Of a stretch of 64,000 bases of DNA, positions 9,107 through 17,422 are shown in pieces. How positions within the stretch are numbered: the first letter of the stretch is position 1; every line of letters begins with the position of its first letter. Made by a program: the position numbers and the translations under genes. The stretch is from Acidobacteriota bacterium (GTDB taxonomy: Bacteria; Acidobacteriota; Thermoanaerobaculia; Multivoradales; J023): the NCBI GenBank assembly GCA_038748685.1, contig JBCDIS010000003.1, positions 30,437-94,436 on the forward strand, written 5' to 3'. Under the pieces are notes generated by a model. That model saw only the letters and a program-made list of their open reading frames with translations, was not told where the DNA came from and ran no database searches.

Positions 9107-9448
9107 TCAGATGCAAATCCGCGGGCAGTAGACGCCCGGTGACGGGTTGACCGGCACGCAGCAGAAGTTCTGCCTGTCGAATCGGTAGGTGCACCAAGAC
9201 GAGTTGAAGCTGGAGCAGTCGAGGAGGCGCTGCTCCGGCTGGAAGCCACCGGCCTCCGAGAGGATCTCGACCATCGGGAAGCCGAAGAGGGCGTCGAGGT
9301 CGACCTCCGGCTGGATGAGCTCGGCCTGGGGCTCTATCCACTCGAGCAGGTCGGAGGGCTCGACGGCCTCAGGGCCGTCTTCCGTCGGTTGGGCACCGAC
9401 GGTCATCGGGACGATCAGCAGCAAGAGGACGAGGGCGTAGCGGGTCAT
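9107..9448 (-). CDS. Small secreted precursor: signal peptide + acidic pro-region + C-terminal 6-Cys peptide
   Basis: Start MTRYALVLLLLIVPMTVGA with a strong AAGGAGGT RBS. 113 aa. C-terminal core CSSFNSSWCTYRFDRQNFCCVPVNPSPGVYCPRICI. Confidence 0.8.
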   Translation of the reverse strand: MTRYALVLLLLIVPMTVGAQPTEDGPEAVEPSDLLEWIEPQAELIQPEVDLDALFGFPMVEILSEAGGFQPEQRLLDCSSFNSSWCTYRFDRQNFCCVPVNPSPGVYCPRICI

Positions 9449-9479
9449 GGGACCTCCTTGGTGGTGAGTGCAGCGCTCG

Positions 9480-9560
9480 CGGGATTCCATAATTCGCGAT
9501 ACGACTGGTGTTTCCAAGACATTGCACACCATGTTAATTTTTTTATCTTTCATCAAGCGG
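9480..9560 (-). promoter_or_regulatory. AT-rich putative promoter region of the Cys-rich peptide gene
   Basis: AT-rich patch (ttaatttttttatctttcatcaag) in a GC-rich context. On the minus strand TTGGAA-17 nt-AATTAT is a loose sigma70-like pair. Confidence 0.4.
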
Positions 9561-9815
9561 CTGGAGCGTGTCAACACGGGGCGGCACACCGAAGACGGAT
9601 CGCGTGTTCACGACCTCGGTGGGTTTCGGGCGTGGGGGCGGAGCTTGCCCCCGCCCGTCTCGGCGAGATCGCCGATACTTCAAATCCGCGGGAAGCTGGA
9701 CCACCGCTCCGCTGACCTTGGAAAGCCACCACACGGTTCAGGTTCGAGGAACCCGCCGCGTCCCGGCGTCGTCCCGCCGCCCTGCCCGGTCGGTCCGACG
9801 CTGCTCCTATCGGGT

Positions 9816-11012
9816 TTAAACGAGGCGCTGCTCAACGTCGGCGAAGGCCCGCGCCATCCGCTCGGCGCCGCCGTCCGCCGCCAGCTCATCGAGGCGAAGG
9901 GTCGCTAGGGCGGCGATCGCCGCCCCCTGGAGGCGGGGTTCCCGCGCCGGGGCGTCGCCGCCGGTTGGTGCGCCGAAGCGCCCGTCGTCGAAGGCCTGCA
10001 GCGACTCCGCCGCCCGCTTCACCAGGGTTTGGAGGACCCGGAACGCCCCGTCCGACAGCGGCGGGTCGCCGCGGTAGAGATCGAGGCGGCCGCCGGCGCG
10101 GTAGGTCGGATAGTCCTCGAGGCCGATGAAACGGAGGAACCAGTCGGCCCGGTAGTGGCCCAGGGCGGCGACGATGCCGGCGTAGTCGGCGATGAGCTCG
10201 TCGAGGAGATTGTTGCGCATGGAGCCGAAGAGACGACGGGTGAAGTAGTGGGCACACTCGTGATCCCGCCGGATCTTGAGGGACGCCTCCCGCCAGGCCC
10301 CGTCGTCGAGCCCCAGGTCTTCTGCCCGAACCGCGCTGTAGGGGCCGTCGCTGAGTAGCACGAACCGGTCCTGGAACAGCTCCTTGCGCTGGCGGATTGC
10401 GGCGAACGCCTCCCGCCAGGTGGGGGCATCCCGTTCCTCCTCGGGCTGCGCCTCGTACCGTTCCCGCAGCTCCCGGATTCGGAACCAGTTGTTGTATCCG
10501 GAGACCATCAGGGCCCCCATCGAGTCCGGGATCTCCGCCGGCTCGTTGCGACGGCCGAGGGCCCGCGCCAGGGTGACGAAGTCCTCCCTCCGGCGCATCA
10601 CCAGCACCGGCACGTGGCCCGCGAGGCTCCGGTAGAGGAATAGCTCGACCCGATCCGGGTCTTCGAGGTCGAGCCCCGTGGCGCTCTCCAGGGTGGACGG
10701 ATCCGCGCCGCTCAGGGTCGCCGCGAGGTAGCCGTCGGAACGGCTGATGCCTTCGCGGATCGGAAAGCTGAGCTGGGGCAAATGGCGTCGCAGGACTCCG
10801 TAGGCGCCCTCCGCGTCCCCCTCCTCCACCCACCGGCGCCAGGTGTCGACGAAGGGCTCGTCGTCCAGGGGCAGATCCGGCTGCCCGTCGAGGGCCTTCA
10901 GGTCGAAGTGGTTGCGGTTGTACTCCAGCAGCTCGTCGACCTCGTCGCCGACGGCGCCGGCCGCGGCGATCTCCGCCGCCCAGGACGCTTCTTCTGATGT
11001 GGACGTCATCAT
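9816..11012 (-). CDS. Cytoplasmic HExxH-motif protein (gluzincin-like putative metalloprotein, uncharacterised family)
   Basis: 398 aa, GAGGGAG RBS. RDHECAHYF followed about 17 residues later by DELIADY. No signal peptide. Confidence 0.75.
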   Translation of the reverse strand: MMTSTSEEASWAAEIAAAGAVGDEVDELLEYNRNHFDLKALDGQPDLPLDDEPFVDTWRRWVEEGDAEGAYGVLRRHLPQLSFPIREGISRSDGYLAATLSGADPSTLESATGLDLEDPDRVELFLYRSLAGHVPVLVMRRREDFVTLARALGRRNEPAEIPDSMGALMVSGYNNWFRIRELRERYEAQPEEERDAPTWREAFAAIRQRKELFQDRFVLLSDGPYSAVRAEDLGLDDGAWREASLKIRRDHECAHYFTRRLFGSMRNNLLDELIADYAGIVAALGHYRADWFLRFIGLEDYPTYRAGGRLDLYRGDPPLSDGAFRVLQTLVKRAAESLQAFDDGRFGAPTGGDAPAREPRLQGAAIAALATLRLDELAADGGAERMARAFADVEQRLV

Positions 11013-11026
11013 GCTCCCTCAACGGA

Positions 11027-11052
11027 TCGACCCCCGCCGAGGCGGGGGTCGA
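11027..11052. terminator. 12-bp perfect inverted repeat between abgT and the HExxH gene
   Basis: tcgacccccgcc-ga-ggcgggggtcga. No U-tract, so it may be a stabilising or REP-like hairpin rather than a true terminator. Confidence 0.55.
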
Positions 11053-11058
11053 CGTGGA

Positions 11059-12624
11059 TCAGGGGGTCGGCGCGGGGTAGACGTACGACGCCTGGAGCCC
11101 CAGCGGCAAACCGAGGTTCCAGTAGATCAGCAGGAAGATCGTCCAGCTGATCAGCAGCGCGACCGAATACGGCAACATGAGGGATGTCACCGTGCCGATC
11201 CCGGTGCCCTTCACGTACCGCTGGCAGAACACCACCACCAGGGGGAAGTACGGCATCAGCGGAGTGATGATGTTGGTGGTCGAATCGCCGACCCGGTAGG
11301 CCGCCTGGGTCAGCTCCGGCGAGTAACCGAGCTGCATCAGCATCGGCACGAAGATCGGCGCCAGGAGGGCCCACTTGGCCGACGCCGAGCCCACCAGCAG
11401 GTTGACCCCCGCCGTCAGCAGGATGATGCCGACGATGGTGACGCCGCCGCCGAGGCCCGCCCCTTCGAGGAAGTTGGCGCCCTTGACCGCCAGCAGGATG
11501 CCGACGTTCGACTGGCCGAAGGCGGCGATGAACTGGGCGGCGAAGAACGCCATCACCAGGTAGTAGCCCATGGTGCTCATGGAGTGGGACATGCCGTCGA
11601 TGATGTCCTTCGACGTCTTCACCGTCCCCGCCACGAGGCCGTAGACGATCCCGGGGAAGAGGAAGAAGAGGAAGATCAGCGGCACGATGGACTGCATCAG
11701 GGGCGCCGAAAAGGCGGTGATCTCACCGTCCGGCGAACGCAGGGCCGAGTCCGTCGGCAGGGTGGCGAGGACCAGCAGGCCGATGCACACGACGGTGGCG
11801 ATCAGCCCCGCCCACATGCCCATCCGCTCCTTGGGTCCGAGCTCCTGCATCTTCGGCATCTCTTCGGGGTCGCCGTCGATCTCGGTGTCCGCAAGGCGGG
11901 GCTCGATCACCTTGTCAGTGAGCCACCAGCCGACGCCGATCACCAGGATGCTGGAGGCGCCGGTGAAGAACCAGTTGCACAGGGGGTTCACCTGGAGATT
12001 TGGGTCGACGATGTTGGCCCCGGCCTGGGTCAGACCCTGGAGCAGCGGATCGATGCCGGAGGGGATGAAATTGGCCGAGAATCCCCCGGAGACCCCCGCA
12101 AAGGCCGCCGCGATACCCGCCAGTGGATGTCTACCGGCGGCGTAGAAAATGACGCCGCCGAGGGGAATCACCAGCACATAGCCGGCGTCCGCCGCGGTGT
12201 GGCTGACCACCGCCACGAGGATCAGCATCGGGGTCAGGAGGGTCTTGGGGGTGAAGCCCAACATCCACTTGAGGACGGCGTTGATGAAGCCGGTGTGCTC
12301 CGCCACGCCGACACCGAGGAGCGCCACCAGCACCACGCCGAGGGGGTGGAAGCCGGTGAAGGTCGTGACCATGTTCGACAGGAAGGCGGCGATCGCCGGT
12401 CCGGTGAGCTGGTTGAGCACCCGGATCGGCTCCTGGGTGGCGGGGTGGATCTCCTTGAACTCGATGCCCGACAGCAAGGCCGAAAGGACCCACGTGAACA
12501 TCAAGAGCAGGAAAAAGAGAATCGCGGGATCGGGTAGCTTGTTGCCCGCCACCTCGATGGCGTTCAGGGCGCGGTTGACCCAACCCTTTTGGGCCCCCGA
12601 CGCCTGGTTCTTCGCTTCGGCCAT
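11059..12624 (-). CDS. abgT: AbgT-family transporter (p-aminobenzoyl-glutamate / MtrF-YdaH family)
   Basis: Start MAEAKNQ with CAGGAGG RBS. 521 aa. IEVAGNKLPDPAILF, FTGFHPLGVVLVALLGVGVAEHTG, AFAGVSGGFSAN, AYRVGDSTTNIITPLMPYFPLVV. Confidence 0.93.
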   Translation of the reverse strand: MAEAKNQASGAQKGWVNRALNAIEVAGNKLPDPAILFFLLLMFTWVLSALLSGIEFKEIHPATQEPIRVLNQLTGPAIAAFLSNMVTTFTGFHPLGVVLVALLGVGVAEHTGFINAVLKWMLGFTPKTLLTPMLILVAVVSHTAADAGYVLVIPLGGVIFYAAGRHPLAGIAAAFAGVSGGFSANFIPSGIDPLLQGLTQAGANIVDPNLQVNPLCNWFFTGASSILVIGVGWWLTDKVIEPRLADTEIDGDPEEMPKMQELGPKERMGMWAGLIATVVCIGLLVLATLPTDSALRSPDGEITAFSAPLMQSIVPLIFLFFLFPGIVYGLVAGTVKTSKDIIDGMSHSMSTMGYYLVMAFFAAQFIAAFGQSNVGILLAVKGANFLEGAGLGGGVTIVGIILLTAGVNLLVGSASAKWALLAPIFVPMLMQLGYSPELTQAAYRVGDSTTNIITPLMPYFPLVVVFCQRYVKGTGIGTVTSLMLPYSVALLISWTIFLLIYWNLGLPLGLQASYVYPAPTP

Positions 12625-12692
12625 GTCGCCACACCTCCTGTGCGTGGTTTGCTGAGCTCGAGCTCGAAAATTGGACCAGATAGAGCGGCGAG

Positions 12693-12701
12693 AGCATACC
12701 A
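12693..12701 (-). promoter_or_regulatory. Extended -10 element (TG-G-TATGCT) upstream of abgT
   Basis: Minus strand reads tggtatgct about 70 nt upstream of the abgT start. Confidence 0.45.
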
Positions 12702-12790
12702 GGAACCCCCTCCGCAACCCGGGACGGAGGGACGGTTCCCCCAGGCGAAGGGCCGAAGGCTCCGGGCGGGCCTCGGATCGGGGAGAAATA

Positions 12791-12799
12791 TGCTATAAA
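12791..12799 (+). promoter_or_regulatory. Extended -10 element (TG-C-TATAAA) 8 nt before ATG 12808
   Basis: tgctataaa in an AT-rich patch, with no SD before the ATG. Confidence 0.5.
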
Positions 12800-12807
12800 A
12801 GCAAATC

Positions 12808-14610
12808 ATGAGCTCCACATCCCGCTCCCCTTTCCCCCCGACGTCTTCGGTGACCCGAAGCTTGCCCGCCTCCTCCCGGCGCGCCTCCGTCCGTTCCATC
12901 CTCAACCGGCCCACGGCCGGCCTGCTCGTCTCTGGACTGCTCGCCCTCGCGCTCCTGACCAGCGGCTGCGGCGCGGGGACGGCCTCCGAGCCGTCCAGCC
13001 CCGGTCCGCCCCGCCCCGACGACGCCCCCCGGGTGGAGGCGGAGCTGCGGGCGTCCTTGGAGCGGGAACCCGACTCCGTCCCCCACCTGCGCCGCCTCGC
13101 GGCCCTGCTCGAAGCCCAGGGACGCCGGGACGAAGCCGCGGCGGTCTTCGGGCGTCTGCTCCGGGCGGATCCAGAGGCGGAGGGGGTCCACCTCCGCCTC
13201 GCCAGCCTCGCGCTCCTCGCTGGTGACGACGAAGGCGCCCGCCGCCACCTCGATCTGGCCCACTCCGGAGCTCCGCTGCCGGGGACCCTTGCGGCGGCAT
13301 TCTCGGAGGTCGAACCCGTCCTCGTCTCACCGATTCGGGGCCTCGGCGATCCGCCGGTCCGGGTCGACGCCGGCGGCGGTGCCCAGGCGGCGGAGACTTC
13401 CATCTCCGGCCGCGGTCCGGTACTGGTGGCGGCCTGGAACGACCAGCGGGAGCCGGGATCCAACGGCTATTGGCGCCTCGGCGGCGCCCTGAGCCGCGAC
13501 GGCGGCGCCACCTGGTCCGAAGGGCTGATCCGGCCGGGGAACAACATCCCGGACATCCACGAGGGGGACCCGATGTCGGCCTACGACCCGCGGACCGGCA
13601 ATCTCTGGGTCGGCGGGGTTCGATTCTTCGGCGGCGGCAACGTCTATGTCGCCCGCCTGCGCCCCGGGGCCTCCGCCTTCGATACTGCGGTGGTGGCGGC
13701 GACGCCGAACATTGTGGTGGACAAACCCCTGATGACCGCCGGTCCCGCCCCCGGAAACCCGAACGCCACCCGCCTCTACATCGCCTACTCCGGCGGCCTC
13801 GAAGCCTCCGCCAACCTGGGGACCACCTGGAACCACCTGGACGACCTCGCCGGTATCGACGAGGCCTCGTACCACCCGCGGGTGAACGCAGACGGCGCCC
13901 TCTTCCTCACCTCCTGGGACTGGACCGACGGCATCTGGCTGAGGCGCAGCTTCGACGGCATCAACCTCGAAGCCCGCCGCCGCATCGCCACCCGCACCGA
14001 CTATTGGAGCACCCAGGACGCCACCCGGGTCCCCGGCAACTTCCGGGCGCCGCCCCTCCCGGTCCTCGCCATCGACCCCGACGGCGACCTCGTGGTGGTC
14101 TACTGCGACACCGCGTCCATCTTCGGCGGCGAGACGGACCTCGACCTTTACCTGATCCGCTCGTCCGACGACGGACTCACCTGGACGGCGCCGCGGTCCC
14201 TCCATCCGTCGGACAGCGGCGACCAGGTGGCCCCGTGGCTCGAGATCGACGACGGCGGCCGGCTGCACCTCGTGTACTACGACACCCGCTACCACCCCCA
14301 ATCCGACGCCGACCCCGTGGGGCTGGTGGACGTCACCTACGCCTACTCCGACGACGGCGGCGTCACCTGGTTCGAGAGCCGGCTCACCGACACCCCCACC
14401 GCCACCGACGACACCGACTGGGGCGGCTACGAGTTCCTCGGCGACTACCTCGGCCTCACCACCCTGGGGGACGGGGGTGCCATGGCCCTCTATGCCGCGG
14501 CGCCGGGGGGCGGCGACCTCGATGTCTACGCCCAGCGGGTGGGCCCGGGCCTGTTCCGCGACGGCTTCGAGAGCGGCGGCACCGGCGCCTGGTCGTCGGT
14601 CCTACCCTGA
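12808..14610 (+). CDS. Lipoprotein with TPR-like region and BNR/Asp-box (sialidase-like) beta-propeller; C-terminal F-x-DGFE-x-G motif
   Basis: 600 aa. Lipobox LLTSGC, helical TPR-like segment, Asp-boxes SRDGGATW, SSDDGLTW and SDDGGVTW, and FLGDYLGL. Ends LFRDGFESGGTGAWSSVLP. Confidence 0.8.
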   Translation: MSSTSRSPFPPTSSVTRSLPASSRRASVRSILNRPTAGLLVSGLLALALLTSGCGAGTASEPSSPGPPRPDDAPRVEAELRASLEREPDSVPHLRRLAALLEAQGRRDEAAAVFGRLLRADPEAEGVHLRLASLALLAGDDEGARRHLDLAHSGAPLPGTLAAAFSEVEPVLVSPIRGLGDPPVRVDAGGGAQAAETSISGRGPVLVAAWNDQREPGSNGYWRLGGALSRDGGATWSEGLIRPGNNIPDIHEGDPMSAYDPRTGNLWVGGVRFFGGGNVYVARLRPGASAFDTAVVAATPNIVVDKPLMTAGPAPGNPNATRLYIAYSGGLEASANLGTTWNHLDDLAGIDEASYHPRVNADGALFLTSWDWTDGIWLRRSFDGINLEARRRIATRTDYWSTQDATRVPGNFRAPPLPVLAIDPDGDLVVVYCDTASIFGGETDLDLYLIRSSDDGLTWTAPRSLHPSDSGDQVAPWLEIDDGGRLHLVYYDTRYHPQSDADPVGLVDVTYAYSDDGGVTWFESRLTDTPTATDDTDWGGYEFLGDYLGLTTLGDGGAMALYAAAPGGGDLDVYAQRVGPGLFRDGFESGGTGAWSSVLP

Positions 14611-14631
14611 GGTTCGCCGCGACAGGGGGCT

Positions 14632-15342
14632 TCAGAGGTCGATGGGCAGGCGCTCACGCAGCTCGATCCGCCGGCGGGTGAACCGCATGCCGTAGGCGAG
14701 GGGTTCCACCCCCGCGGCCACCACCCGGCGAAAGGTGTCGGACCAGGCGGCGTCCACCTCGTCCGCCGGTCGCATGCGCCGGCAGTCGGCGCGGCCGACG
14801 AAGAAGACGATCACCCCCCGGTGCCCCTGGGCCACCACCTCCTCCAACTCCACCAGGTGCTTGAGCCCCCGCGCGGTGACGGCGTCGGGGAAGGTGACGT
14901 GCTCGCCGACGCGGTAGGTCGTGTTCTTCACCTCGACGTAGCAAGACGGCCGCTCCCCCGCCGAGTCCGTCAGCAAAAGGTCGATACGGCTTCGCCCCTC
15001 GGCGCCGTAGGGCACCTCCCGCCGGATCCCGTCGTACCCCGCCAGCTCGGGGATCCGGCCCCGGGCGACGAAGCCCTCCACCGCGCGGTTCGGGTTCATG
15101 GTGTTCACCCCCACCCACGTCCGCCCCATCTTGATCATCTCCAGGGTGTGCCGCAGCTTGCGTTTCGGGTTGTGGGAATCCGAAACCAGCACCGGACGCC
15201 CCGGCTCGCTGCAGGTAGACATGGTTCCCGAATTCGGGCAGTGGACGGTGACGACCTCCCCGCCGGGGAACCGCACGTCCGCCAAGAAGCGCTTGTAGCG
15301 GCGAATCAAGACGCCTTCGATCAGATCCTCGGGGAATCGCAT
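14632..15342 (-). CDS. sfsA: Sugar fermentation stimulation protein A (SfsA, PD-(D/E)xK nuclease family)
   Basis: Start MRFPEDLIEG with GAAGGAG RBS. LIRRYKRFLADV, HCPNSGTM, SRIDLLL, YVEVKNTT, FPDAVTARGLKHL. Confidence 0.95.
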   Translation of the reverse strand: MRFPEDLIEGVLIRRYKRFLADVRFPGGEVVTVHCPNSGTMSTCSEPGRPVLVSDSHNPKRKLRHTLEMIKMGRTWVGVNTMNPNRAVEGFVARGRIPELAGYDGIRREVPYGAEGRSRIDLLLTDSAGERPSCYVEVKNTTYRVGEHVTFPDAVTARGLKHLVELEEVVAQGHRGVIVFFVGRADCRRMRPADEVDAAWSDTFRRVVAAGVEPLAYGMRFTRRRIELRERLPIDL

Positions 15343-15566
15343 GGCTTCGGCTCCTTCGTCGACGGGCGGGGTGGGTCGCCCGTCCGGGGGGATGGGTTTG
15401 ACAGGGTCCGCAGCATACCGACTCTCGGCCGCCGGGCGACACCGTCGTCGACGGGGCAACCCATCGGCGGCCCATCGTCGCCGTCGGCTCCCACCGTCGT
15501 CGCCGACCGTTGTATGCTCAGCCGCGCATATCCGGTGACGTACGACCCCCGATCCCCAAGGCCCCC

Positions 15567-16991
15567 ATGCCCTCCCTCCTCCGGCTCCTCGGCCTCGGCC
15601 TTCTCCTTCTCCACGCCCCGACCGTCCTCGCCGAGGACGCTCCGGGGACTGTGGCGTCCACCGGAACCGTCGAGTGGATCCTGCGGGAGGGCCCCGAACG
15701 GCGAGGGGTCCTGGCGCCGGCCCTGCGGAAGCGGCTCGCCCGCCTCACCGCGGACGACGCCGCCGGCCGCCACCGCGAGATGGCCAAGGATCCGCTGCGC
15801 TTCTTCCGCGCCACCGCCCACGTCTACCACCAAGACCTTGCGTCGAACGACTGGCTGCGCCGAAGCGAATTCTTCAGCGACGACCTCTTCACCTGGGTCC
15901 AGGGGGACGCCCGCAGCGACAACGTCGGCATCTTCGCCGACGGCGCGGGGGAGGTCATCTTCGACCTCGACGACTTCGGCGACGCCTGGATCGCCAGCTA
16001 CCTGGTGGACCTGTGGCGCTTCGGGGTGTCGATCCACTTGGTCTGCCGCGAAGCCGGCTTCGACGCCCAAACCGCCGACGCCGCGGTGCTCGCCTTCGCC
16101 GACGCCTACCTAGAGCACATCGCCCGTCTCCGCGACGGGGTCGGCGGCGCCAACGCCCCCATCTCATCCGAGACCACCCAGGACCCCCTTGCCAAGTTCA
16201 TCGGCCAGATCGCCACCAAGCGAACCCGCGAGCGCCTGCTCGACAAGTGGACCCAACTCGGTGAGACCGGCCGCCGCTTCGGCGACGACAAGAGGCTGTC
16301 CCCCGTCGACAACCTCACCCGCCGGCGCTTCGGCGCCGCCTTCGACGCCTACCGGCGTCACCTCCCCACGGCCTCGACCCTGGGGCGGAGCCACTTCCGG
16401 GTCCTCGACCTGGTGCGGCGACTCGGCGCCGGGCTCAGCTCCGCCGAAGCCCTCCGCTTCTACGTGTTGATCGAGGGCCCCACCGAACGCCCCGAGGACG
16501 ACCGTATCCTCGACGTCGTGGCGCGGATCCGACCCTCCACCGCCGAGGTCGCCGAGGATCCCCCCGGCCCCGCCAAGCTAGGCCACCTGGCGGACGCCGG
16601 ATGCCGAGCCGCCCTCGCGGAGCGGGCCCTCCTGACACGCCCGGACCCCCACCTCGGCTGCCTGGTGATGAAGGGTGAAGCCTTCTCCGTGCGGGAGCTC
16701 TCCCCCGCCAAGGCCCAATTCCCCGCCGTCGGCCTGCGGGACTATGAAGCTCTATGGGTGCTCGTCGACGCCTGGGGCCGGGTCCTGGCGTCGGCCCACG
16801 CCCGGGCCGACCGGGATTTCGATCCGGAGCTGGTTCCCCACCCCTTCGAAGAGGTCCTGCTGGAACGGGTCGGCGACCGGGGCAAAACCTTCGGCCACGA
16901 GCTACGCCGCTTCGCCCGCTCCTACGCCCGCCAGGTGGAGACAGACCACGCCATCTTCCTCCGCGCCCGCCGTCAGGGGGCGTTGCCCTGA
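15567..16991 (+). CDS. DUF2252-family (kinase-like fold) protein with signal peptide
   Basis: MPSLLRLLGLGLLLLHAPTVLA signal, MAKDPLRFFRATAHVY, WVQGDARSDNVG, FDLDDFGDA, and YARQVETDH at the C-terminus. Confidence 0.8.
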   Translation: MPSLLRLLGLGLLLLHAPTVLAEDAPGTVASTGTVEWILREGPERRGVLAPALRKRLARLTADDAAGRHREMAKDPLRFFRATAHVYHQDLASNDWLRRSEFFSDDLFTWVQGDARSDNVGIFADGAGEVIFDLDDFGDAWIASYLVDLWRFGVSIHLVCREAGFDAQTADAAVLAFADAYLEHIARLRDGVGGANAPISSETTQDPLAKFIGQIATKRTRERLLDKWTQLGETGRRFGDDKRLSPVDNLTRRRFGAAFDAYRRHLPTASTLGRSHFRVLDLVRRLGAGLSSAEALRFYVLIEGPTERPEDDRILDVVARIRPSTAEVAEDPPGPAKLGHLADAGCRAALAERALLTRPDPHLGCLVMKGEAFSVRELSPAKAQFPAVGLRDYEALWVLVDAWGRVLASAHARADRDFDPELVPHPFEEVLLERVGDRGKTFGHELRRFARSYARQVETDHAIFLRARRQGALP

Positions 16992-17236
16992 TCTTCAGCC
17001 TGACGGCGAATGCTGCGAGCGTGGGCCTGACTGTCTTCGATCTCGGGCCGGGAACCGATCACGCCTTCGCGACGCCAGAACGCGACCAGTTCTGGCCCGC
17101 TGGCGTGCCGATGATCGGATTCCGGAACGCCGCCTAGGAGGCGTAAAGCGTACTGCTCTACTGGCAGTCCGAGGCGCAGGGCCTCAGCGGTGAGTCGGTG
17201 CTCCAGGTCTTTAGGAAGGTCTAGGGTAAGGGTCAT
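16973..17236 (-). CDS. Small RHH/antitoxin-like protein (87 aa)
   Basis: MTLTLDLPKDLEHRLTAEALRLGLPVEQYALRLL is an RHH-like N-terminus. Lower GC than its neighbours. Overlaps the convergent DUF2252 stop by 19 nt. Confidence 0.65.
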   Translation of the reverse strand: MTLTLDLPKDLEHRLTAEALRLGLPVEQYALRLLGGVPESDHRHASGPELVAFWRREGVIGSRPEIEDSQAHARSIRRQAEDQGNAP

Positions 17237-17422
17237 ATCGATGCTGCTCTCTTCGTGAGACGATCATGGCTCATTGCTGGCCTCGGCCCAGGTCATTCCC
17301 TATGCTACTAGCCGCACAAGCAGGGTTCGATCACTCTCAGAACCATAGTTGTGACAGTTCTGCCACGACCGCTCGCGCTAAGCTCATCCCCAAGTCCTCG
17401 ACCGCACCCCCAAGGAGGTCCG

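Noticed and set aside
9107-11012. RiPP cluster made of the Cys-rich peptide plus the HExxH protein
   Set aside because: The peptide has a Sec signal and its own upstream AT-rich region 370 bp from the HExxH gene, which is cytoplasmic. No radical SAM, YcaO, LanM or transporter gene is nearby.
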